Positions 19,425 to 28,708 of a stretch of 64,000 nucleotides of DNA are shown in pieces; within the stretch, counting starts at the first letter, position 1, and the number at the start of each line of letters is the position of its first letter. Under the pieces are notes generated by a model, which saw nothing but the letters and a program-made list of their open reading frames with translations, was not told the origin of the DNA and ran no database searches. Position numbers and translations under genes: made by a program. Origin of the DNA: Camelus dromedarius (lineage: Eukaryota); contig NC_087447.1 in assembly GCF_036321535.1 (NCBI RefSeq), positions 7,564,001 through 7,628,000 of the forward strand, read 5' to 3'.

Positions 19425-19600
19425 TGGGCCTCAGGGTGAGGCCTGGGTTTGAATCCGTGGTTTGCCACTGACTGGCTGTGTGACCTTGAACAGGTTCCTT
19501 GGCCTGTTAGGGTTTGGTAGCCCTATAACTTGGGCTTGCTAACATCCACCCCACAGGGCCCTTGTAAGACTGCAGCAGTAATGTGCATCACCAGGCCCTG
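19425..19600 (+). mobile_element. MIR SINE
   Basis: CCTGGGTTTGAATCC...GCTGTGTGACCTTGAACAGGTTCCTT core. Confidence 0.6.
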
Positions 19601-20979
19601 GCTGGCAGAGATGCTTTCTCTCTTTTCTCTTTCAGAGCATCCGGGCCTGCCTCAACCTGCCACACTGACCCCTGAGTCATGACTGTTAACAGTCTGGCTG
19701 GGTCAGTTCCCCAACCAGACTTATTTTCAGGCACCTCAGCACCCAACACTTTAAATCTGTCCATTGAAGTAATGAACCGTCATTCAGGAAGGGAGGCAGC
19801 TAAATCTAAGCAACCTCAGTAAACCTGAGGTTGGTCAGCCTTTCTGAATCTATTTTCTCAGTTTTAAAAAGGAATCTAATTGCAGCACTGACCTCAGGAT
19901 TGAGGACTAGGCGAGAACACCATCTGAAGCATTGTGCATGATGAGCAGTAACTGGGCTTGGGAGGTGATAGCTCTCCCATCCCTAACCTTCATCTGTCTC
20001 ACTCTAATTGAGCACTGGCATTTTTGGTGACAGTATGGCTGAGAAGACGTCTTGAAAATAGCAATTACTGTCAGGAATTGTCTCTCCTGGTTTAACCCCT
20101 CTTGCCCTGGACCCAGCAAGACCACCACCACACTGTCTAATCTAGCATCTCAGAGAAGCCCTCCATTAGGGTACCTGCTTTTGGTTAACCTCTTCTCTAA
20201 GTCTTCTGCTTCAGCAGGCAAAGCATGGGTACCCAAGGCTGGCCTTCAGTCCACCCCATCACCACTCAGCCCTGGGGGCACTGGAGGCTTCTGCAGGCAG
20301 AAGGCTGGTCACTAAGCTTGGACTGCATTAGATAAAGATCAGGAAAATCCCAAGGTGCAAGGGAGGTGAGAGTGGAGAAGGCTGTGGTTGGGGTTAGGTG
20401 GACCTGTCTCCCAAACCAAACCCACCAGCCACAGACCTTTAGTGTTTCCCTTTCAGAGGAGTGGGAGTAAGATGGGGACAGCGCAGGTGCATGGCTTTTG
20501 AATTAAGCTACAGGGAGCAAAAAGCTGCAAATAGAGGGGTAGATGGGTGTTCTTTTCTATTACGTGAGGACACTAACCTTCTTGGAGCCCAAGGGTCCAG
20601 ATCACAGTAACCATCTGTTCCTGCCACGTGCATACGTGGGAATTGAGGCTCAGAAAAAGAGGGGCAGTGACACCCAAGATCATTCAGCAAATCTGGGTCC
20701 CACCTTAAGCTCACTGGCCGTAACAGGCTGTCTCTTTCCAGAAAGGAACCTTTGTGATGGGTAGGGGGGCAGGGACTCCCCAGGGCCTTTCATCACAGTG
20801 TGAATGTGAAGGATGCACCATTGTGGCTCTGTGAGCTGTTGTGGGGCCTTGGGCTTCATCTCTTCCAAGCTCTACATCTAGGAAGCAGTGTGAAGCAGAT
20901 ATTCATGCCCAAACCAGCCAGCCTGTCACCAGGACAGTGACAAACAGTGACACAGGCAGGGACAGCTCCTTCCATCTCT

Positions 20980-20985
20980 TTTATC
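20980..20985 (-). terminator. Probable VEGFB polyadenylation signal, variant GATAAA
   Basis: No minus-strand AATAAA seen in the 3'UTR; GATAAA at 20985-20980 is followed by GT-rich CTGTGTCACTGTTTGT. Confidence 0.55.
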
Positions 20986-21375
20986 AGGGTTGGGGTTCAC
21001 AGTTCTCATAATGAAGGCCAAGTCCCAGTTTTTGCAGAGTTACAGGGTCTTCTTAGTGAGGGGATGGAGGAGCCAAGTGTAAGATGCTCACTTGCACAGG
21101 TAGTTAAAAATTGAGACAGGAATCCATTCTCTCCCACGTTTGTACATGACCCCTCTTGCTGCCAAGTCTCCTCATTCAACTCTGCCCACGTTGTTGGATG
21201 GCATCCTCGGAAAGACAAAGGACGGCTGGAAAGCCCTCTGAGAGGCCCAGGTCCTCGAGGAACTTCCACCCAGGCTGAGGTCTTGGGGGCTGGACTGTTC
21301 TCACCAGGCTGCCCTTGTCCCCTTCTCAGGGGGCCTGTGAGGCAAGTGGCCCCTGTGAGTCTGAAAAGCAATGTG

Positions 21376-24160
21376 TCACCTTCGCAGCTTCCGGCACCTA
21401 AGGAGGGAAGGAGTCTGTTTGTGCTGGCACAGCTCAGCCCCTGCTCCTAGACTCACCCCCTTGTTACCTTTTGCGAGCCCCATTCTCCCCTACCAGTCCT
21501 GGGAAGCCCCAGCTGGCCTGGCCCACAGGATGCCACCCCATAGCCTCGCTGTGGGAGGGGTGGTAAGAAGCACCTTGGACGAGGGCGGACAAGGGTTCCC
21601 CTACATCCTCTAGCCTCTCAGGGCCCATAAGGCAGAACAAACGTCTGCCACAGGGATTTCTGGGAAGGCTCAGAGCTTTGCGAACTGGAAGGCTGTCTTT
21701 CTCATTTTTACCCTCAGCAGATGTCACCTCTTCCAGGACATCTCTGACCTCTCAATGATGATGTCAGGTGCACCTTAACACAGCCCTTGACTTGACATCC
21801 TCTGCTGGCAACACGTGCTCTCATGTCGGACTCCCCGATTAGAACATCGGCCTTGTTTATGCTGATGCCAGTGCCAGCACACACTTAGTCAATGTTTGTT
21901 CAGTGTACTCAAAGCTTCCCATTCCCTGGCTCTTCTCCCACCAGCAGGCTCACCTGGACCTGCTCCTGGACAGGGCCTTGACGCCTTTCCAAACAACCGC
22001 CCTNNNNNNNNNNNNNNNNNNNNNNNNNNNNNNNNNNNNNNNNNNNNNNNNNNNNNNNNNNNNNNNNNNNNNNNNNNNNNNNNNNNNNNNNNNNNNNNNN
22101 NNNNNNNNNNNNNNNNNNNNNNNNNNNNNNNNNNNNNNNNNNNNNNNNNNNNNNNNNNNNNNNNNNNNNNNNNNNNNNNNNNNNNNNNNNNNNNNNNNNN
22201 NNNNNNNGCCCGGAACAGAGCGGGGCTGGGGACGGTGGTGGGGAGTGGAAGCCCTAGGAGGAGAAGCAACATGTCTGGGGTGGGAAGGAAGAGTCTTCCC
22301 GGGAGCTGGGGTAGGGGCAAAGCATACAGACTTGGGGAGCAGAGGAAATGGGGAGAGGAGGACACAAGTGGGAGGAGAAGGAGGGAAGGGGATCACAACT
22401 TCCTGACACACTTGTACACCCCCTACCCCACCCACAAATTACATTCTGGACACTGGGCCTAGGCTCCAATCCCACCTCAGCAAAAGCCCAAGAGACTCAC
22501 CTGTCCAGCTTCACAGCACTCTCTCTTTTTTTTGGTCTGAAAATCAAGAGACAGACAGAGACAAGGAGGAAATGGATCAGGACGCCAAACATCCCACTCT
22601 CTTGCCCCAGATCCCAGGCCTACCCAGCTCTACTCTAGGAAACCTGGTTCCCACTGTGGTGTACCACCACACCCAGCATCCCCCCAAGCCTGGTCTCTGT
22701 GAACTCAGAAGTGGGGCCTGGCTGGCACCTGCATTCACATTGGCTGTGTTCTTCCAGGGACATCTCCCCCAGCTGACTGCTCGGGTACCGGATCATGAGG
22801 ATCTGTACTCAGATGAACAAGGAGAGAGACAATGAGAGGAAATGGAAGGGGTCACTCCATGGATTGGAGGAGTGAGAACACCCTGCCCACCAGCCAGGGC
22901 TCTAGTGCCACCCCTCTGTCCCCAGAACACCAGCATCCACCCCAGCTGGGCACACTCCACTTCCCCTATACCTGCATTCGGACTTGGTGCTGCCCAGTGG
23001 GCACGCACTCCAGGCCATCGTCAGGGCAGCAACCGCCGCAGCGCTGCACAGTCACGCAGCTGGGCACCAGCTGCTTGGCCACAGTGCCCATGAGCTCCAT
23101 GGACAGGGGCACCACCACCTCCCGCGGCTGGCAGGTGGCACGAGCATACACGTCTATCCATGACACCACTGGGGGCAGATGTGCAAGGGTTAAGTCCCTA
23201 CTGGGTTTCCTGCAGCTGCTCCCTGATTCCCCTACCCCTGTTCTCTAGCAGCTGTTCTCCCTAGTTCCCATGTCACAGCCACCCTCCAGTGGCCCCCACT
23301 CTTGCCCTCCCAAACTATCTTCCTTGCCTTCTTCATTCCCGAACCCAGGAACCCCACTGCCTCAATCTCCTCTTCTATGAAGTGGGCAGAATAAGAGCTT
23401 GCATCTTACAGAGGGGCTGTGATTACACAAGATGAGGAACACACAGAGTCTGGCATCAGGGCTGAAGGCAAACATTCCTAGTGCTGGCTAGTGCAAAGTT
23501 ATTGTTGTGACTCTTACCTTTCTTCTGGTGGCCAGAGGAATCAGGCTGGGAGACAGTGGCCTGTAGGAAAGAAGAGACCTGGACCTAGGTGCACTACAGG
23601 AAGGGCTAGCCCTGTCGCTGTCTCCAGGGCTCTGCCCTTGCGATCAGGAGGCTTCCACTCCTCTCTAACATTTTTCCAGATTGCTCTGTTCCTGGGGCCA
23701 CTCTAGCTTTACCTGTCCTCTCCTGGCCACCTGGGACCTGCCCTGGCCACGATCTGCTAGGCGCGCTCTGCCCGCAGCGTCGAAATCTCCAAGCCTGGGG
23801 ACCGGGCTTGTTCTCGAGGCCGCAGGTCAGAAGGGGGCACCGTGAGACCTGCAGGCACCGAGGCGGTCCCGCCCCCGACTGCACTCAGGGGACGGGGTGG
23901 GGCGGGGGAGTGGCCCCGGACTTGGGCTGCAGGCTGGCGGACAGAGACGCTTCCCGGGGGATTCCCAGGCTAGGCCCCCGAGACGCCCCAGTCCACGGCC
24001 CGACCCCACGGATCCCCGAGGCCGAGGCCGCTCCGCGCCTCCCCACTTCCGCCAACCTTGAGAGAGGGCACCGTGGGCGGGATGTCGCGGACTCACATAC
24101 CTGGGCAGGGGCCAGCTGCAGGAGCGCGGCGAGCAGCAGGCGGCGGAGCAGGGGGCTCAT
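21376..24160 (-). CDS. VEGFB: Vascular endothelial growth factor B (167 isoform span; 186 isoform stop predicted near 22040 inside the gap)
   Basis: Exons 24160-24101 (MSPLLRRLLLAALLQLAPAQ), 23560-23518, 23168-22972 (cystine knot PSCVTVQRCGGCC), 22802-22729, 22536-22501, exon 6 from 22253 (RASTPHHRPQPRSVPG) into gap 22004-22207, exon 7 21397-21376 (CRKLRR-TGA). Confidence 0.97.
22004..22207. other. Assembly gap (204 N) covering most of VEGFB exon 6
   Basis: N run interrupts exon 6 after ...PRSVPG. Confidence 0.95.
23340..23500 (+). mobile_element. MIR SINE
   Basis: GCCTCAATCTCCTCTTCTATGAAGTGGG...AGAGTCTGGCA. Confidence 0.55.
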
Positions 24161-24700
24161 GGTGCCCGTGGGGGCCGCGCGCCGAGGGCGCCCGCATCGC
24201 CCTAGCCTGGCGGCGCGGGGGGCGGCGGCAGCCAGAGCCCCATGGCGCGGGCCCGGGCGAGGCGGGCGGGGGCCGGGCGCGGGGGGAGGCTCCTCCGCGG
24301 CCCCCTCCCGAGCCCTGGGCGCAGGCAGCGCAGCGCAGGACAGCGGTGGCGGCGGCCGGAGGAGCCGGGCGGGCGGGCGGCCGGTGGCGGTGGCGGGCGG
24401 CGGGGACGGCGGGGGCGGCGGGGGGCCGGGCCCGGGCTGGCGGGCGGGCGGCTCATGTGACCCAGACACGCGCTCCCCACCGGGCCGTGGGGCGGGGGCG
24501 GGGCGGGAGCGGGTGGGGGGGGGCGGGGGGCGGGTCCCGCCCCCTCCACATACACCCCCTCCCGCAGCAGCAGGGGAAAGGGGACGCACCGCCCAGGGGG
24601 CCGGGCTCCCGGGTTGCAGCTGCTAGAACCCGGAGGGCGGGGCGTTGTCCCAAGGCGGGGCCGGGCGGGGTGGGGCGCTGGGCCTGAAGGAGGGAGCCAG
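23760..24700 (-). promoter_or_regulatory. VEGFB CpG island, TATA-less GC-box promoter and GC-rich leader
   Basis: Very high GC/CpG; GC-box and G-run cluster 24489-24534; TCATGTGAC 24453-24461. Confidence 0.8.
24202..24243 (-). other. 13-codon uORF in VEGFB 5'UTR, strong Kozak
   Basis: GCCATGG at 24243; MGLWLPPPPAPPG-TAG; ends 41 nt before the main ATG. Confidence 0.65.
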
Positions 24701-24720
24701 ACAAAAGCGCTAAGAATCAC

Positions 24721-24726
24721 TTTATT
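24721..24726 (-). terminator. DNAJC4 polyadenylation signal AATAAA
   Basis: TTTATT on + strand, 80 nt after the stop. Confidence 0.85.
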
Positions 24727-24805
24727 CCATGCGTTTTGGGGAGTGGGGCATCCCAGGAGGAAAGCAAGCAGGGAGCACACCGCAGGCCCCATCCAGGTGA
24801 GCGGC

Positions 24806-27782
24806 TCAGGGGCTAGGGCCGGAGGGCACGATCCTGGGGCCTTGAGGAGGCCCGGGTGGTGGCTGTAGCTGCTGTCTCTGCTGTTGCTCCTGCTGGAGCC
24901 TGGCTCTGTTGGCCCTGCAGGGGAGAGCACCTGGGTGGTCGGGACAGGGATCCTGGAGGGTGGTGTCAGTGAAGGGAGGGTGGGATAGGGCTGGGACAGA
25001 CCTGGCCCTGGCACGAGCGTCATTGTAGATGGCTGTGATGATTCGATCCTTTTCATCCATGAAGCTACGGTGCATCTGCTCCAGCTTCCTGCAAGGGGGT
25101 TACAATTAACTCTGGGTCCCCCAACCCCTGTTGTCCCCTAAGTACCACCCCCTTCCCCGACTCTAGGGTCTCACAGCTTTACATCTGTGGGGACTTCAGC
25201 CTAACTGCCTGTGCTAGGTGAGGAGAGGGGCACACAGTGGCTGGGGCTTGTCCAGGGTCCAATGATGACCTAGCTCCCTGCTGTCCTGATGACAGTAGCG
25301 CTGAACATAGGAGTGGTCCTCGAAAGAGACTAGAAAGGGTTGCATGTCTAACTCCATCACAGAACTAGGCACATTGCTAGCAGTGGGCACCAGCCTTTAG
25401 CTGTCTTTGCTGTAGAACCTCAGTGGCATGGCATACAGGAGAGAGCGGCAGGAAGACATTGACTGCCAAACAAATGAGGCAGTTGCTGGTGAGGCTTAGT
25501 TCAGTGCATTTCCTTCTTGTGCAGGATTTTGGTTGGCTCATGGCAACTCCCTGGCAGCCAGCACCAGAGATTTACAATCAAATTATTAAAAAAACAAAAA
25601 AACTGAAAATAACATTAGCCCTTAGTGCAGAGCTGCCTTTGCCAAGTAAGAAGAGGCTCTGGAAGAGACCTACTTCATACAATTCTTAGCTTGAGACACA
25701 AGAGTGCAGGCCACAGGGGTGGTGTAGATGGATGGCTGACACTGGGTTTCACCCACCCTCCTGCTCTCTGCCTGTCACCCCAGGGGGAAGGCAGGGATGC
25801 ACCTGAAGGCAACGTAGTGCAGGACCATGCCTGCCAGCATGATCATGAGGCAGTACCCCAGAACCCGCTGGTTGTGTTTGTGCTGCTGCTGCCTTGACTC
25901 TGGTCCCTGAGGCCTTACACCATGAAACTGGGCCCAGTATTGTGCATTGGGGGGTGTCCAGGAGCTGCTGAGAGAGAGAAGAAGGGACAGTGTAGGGAAG
26001 AGGCTCCCCAGGAGGCCTGGGAGTGGCAAACTAGAAGCAGGACTACTGTACCTGTGTGTTTGATGAGCAGACCTGGCATGAGCTGTGGTTCCTGGAGATT
26101 TCGGGGAAGTTGCCCAGCGGAGCTGGTGGTCATAGCTGCGGCGGCTCTGCTCATGGCTGAGCACTTGGTATGCTTCACTCAGCTCCACAAAGCGGTTGTG
26201 CAGGGCTGGGTTCCCGGGATCCCGGTCAGGGTGCAGCTGGGGTGGGGCAGCACTCCCATCATGTCTTTTTCCACGCCCTTTTCTGGGACCCATTCTGATC
26301 ATGTCCACCCACAAGGGCTCAAGTCATTCCCAGAGGCCCTGCCTGAGCACTGACCCTTACTCTCAGGCCTGTCCATCCCTCTAGAAGACCAGAGAGTCAG
26401 GAAACACAGATTCCTGCTCCCTCCCCTTATTCAAGCCCTCCCCACCTGCTGCGTGGCTTCACTATATGCTCTAGTACTAGCTTTCTCAAGAGCAGACAGG
26501 TCAAGAGAATCAAGACCAGCCCATCAGACAGGACCCCTGGCTTCTGCCCCCAGCCTTTCCTCCCACCAGGCCAGATCTCTGCCTTTGGGGTACCTCCCTC
26601 TTCCTATAAAAGCTGAGGGAATATGACCAGCCAGAGTGAGCCTCTCAGCTCCATTCCTGAGAATTTGGAGCATACCCCATCTGACTCAGACTCTCCCCCT
26701 CACCCTCACCTTAGTACCATTGGTACCTCTTTGGACTTGGAGAAGAAAGCTCGTTTAACTTCTTCAGTACTGGCACCAGGATGCACCCCCAACAGTTCAT
26801 AGTAGTTACTGGGGCCAGAGCTGTGGAAAGAGGTCCCAACCTGCAGGGACTAAGGAAAACACGGAGGATACCCCTTCCCTGCCCCTCCCATCCCCCCGGG
26901 CCACACCCTTAAACTCAGCAACAAGGTCTTGAGGGGGCTGAGGCAGGGTGCCAAGGGAGATCTATCTCTAAATTATCCCTCTCTTTTTGGGTGTTCTGGA
27001 TATGGGGCAGATCAGAATTTCTCAAAGTGTAGGCTTTAGACTACTTGTGTCAGAAACACCTGAGAGGGGGAGGAATAAATTAGGAGTTTAAGATTAACAG
27101 ATACACACTACTATATATAAAATAGATAAACAACAAGGATATACTGTATAGCACAGGGACCTATATTCAATATCTTGTAATAATCTATAATGGAAAGGGA
27201 TCCGAAAAGTATATATATATGTGAAACTGAATCACTTTGCTGTACACCTGAAAGTAACACAACATTCTAAATCAACTATGCTTCAATTAAAAAATTTTTA
27301 AAAAGACCACCTGAAAAGCGTATTTTAAAAAAGATTCCTGAGCCCCACTTCATTCCTGCAAATCAGTCTCCATAGCAGGGCCCAGCAATCTGCATTTTTG
27401 TAAGCCACGCCCCCCCACCCCGACCCCCGCAGTGGTTATACACAGAGATGCTTGACAACCACCAGTGTTATTATGGAAAGCGCATTGGGTTTGGCTTGGG
27501 CTCAGATTCCAGATCTTCCACTTAACTTGTATGACCTTAGGGGTCGTCCCCTTAATCTCTGATGCTCAGCAGCGAAGGTGACGGTAACCTGACACAGAGC
27601 ATCAGATCACAACTATCTCAGCACCTGGGGAAGGGCCTAGAATTGGGCAGGCCCTCAACAAAAACCCACTTAATTACCGGGCCCGGCCCCGGGCGCCCGA
27701 CTCACCGCTGCCGGGCTGCAGTTGCGAAGAACCGGGTGGGAGGACTGCGGGGCCACAGCCGGCACAGGCGCAGGGGCAGCAT
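24806..27782 (-). CDS. DNAJC4: DnaJ (Hsp40) member C4, about 237 aa
   Basis: Exons 27782-27706, 26820-26727 (NYYELLGV), 26236-26052 (LHPDRD, HPD motif), 25964(or 25967)-25803 (TM segment VLGYCLMIMLAGMVLHYVAF), 25088-25002, 24914-24806. Confidence 0.96.
27013..27465 (+). mobile_element. MER5A-like hAT-Charlie DNA element, split by the L1 fragment
   Basis: TTTCTCAAAGTGT...CACCTG at left; GGGCCCAGCAATCTGCATTTT...TTGACAACCAC at right, resembling MER5A from memory. Confidence 0.6.
27066..27305 (+). mobile_element. 5'-truncated cetartiodactyl-type L1 3' end
   Basis: AAACAACAAGGATATACTGTATAGCACAGGGA...GAATCACTTTGCTGTACACCTGAA...AAATCAACTATGCTTCAATTAAAAAA; flanked by CACCTGA repeats. Confidence 0.75.
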
Positions 27783-28390
27783 GGCGGCAGGCGGACAGCT
27801 GGTGAAAGGAGGCCACAAAAAGGAGTGAGATGGGAACAGGATGGGACCAGACTTCAAGCACTCGGGGAGGTGCGTGGGCAGAGGGAAGGGGCCTGGCCTC
27901 GATTACTTGCGAAGGAAAACAAGCAGGTCCGGGGAACCCAGGAGCGGGTGGGGCCTCCTTGCTCAAGACCAGACGCCAATATCCTAGCCCTTTCCTCGGC
28001 TCTGAGCCGGGCGTCCGGCGCCCTTCTCCATACTCGTCTTGGTGTCTGGACAGCCAGCCCCGGACGCAGATACCCCCGTCACACCCGGGGAGCTGGGGAG
28101 GCGGGGGCAAGAGGAGCCACACCAAGCCCCGCCCCTACTGCTCTCAAGGACTCCGCGCCTGCCGCCATTTCCTGTGCCTAGTCAGGCCCCGCCTCCATAC
28201 TTTCATTGGTTTAGACGCCCCAGGCCACGCCCATGGTGCGGATCTGCGACGAAGCCCCGCCCCCGCAATCTATTGGCCTTTGACACCTCCGGCCCACCCA
28301 AAGAGGTCCAGACCCACCGACTACCAGGTAAGGCAGCGGTACCGATCCTGACCCTCAGTGAGGCTTTCGGCCCGCCGCCGTTGCTCCTCC
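27690..28390 (-). promoter_or_regulatory. DNAJC4 CpG-island promoter
   Basis: GC boxes near 28128, 28186 and 28256; ATTGG near 28205 and 28272; YY1-type AAATGGCGGC (minus) 28170-28161. Confidence 0.7.
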
Positions 28391-28659
28391 CTCGGACGTG
28401 GCTGTTACTCCACTCTGCAGCGCAGCGTATTTCATTTCACAAAGCAATTTCTACCCCGCAGTCGGTTTGGAACCTCACTACATCCTGGCAAGGGGGAATG
28501 GCCCTCATCTCAGCTTGCAGAGGGGAAAACTGAGGCTGGGCGTTTTTCCTCCGCCCCCGGTCTTTTGTCCTGTCTCTCTCACCCACCCTGGGCTCTCCCA
28601 GCCGCCCATCTCTATCTCGTGTAAACAGCAGATGCCAACGGAATCCAAGAATAAAGTCC

Positions 28660-28665
28660 TTTATT
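28660..28665 (-). terminator. NUDT22 polyadenylation signal AATAAA
   Basis: TTTATT on + strand 43 nt after the stop; paired with a plus-strand AATAAA at 28650-28655. Confidence 0.85.
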
Positions 28666-28708
28666 GTCTTCCGAGCTGTGGTGATAGGGCTGGGGAATCT
28701 AGGGCGAC

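Noticed and set aside
28079-28168. 29-codon ATG ORF at the DNAJC4 start region
   Set aside because: The ATG is part of the YY1 motif at the likely TSS and the exon 1 donor is uncertain, so its frame cannot be resolved.
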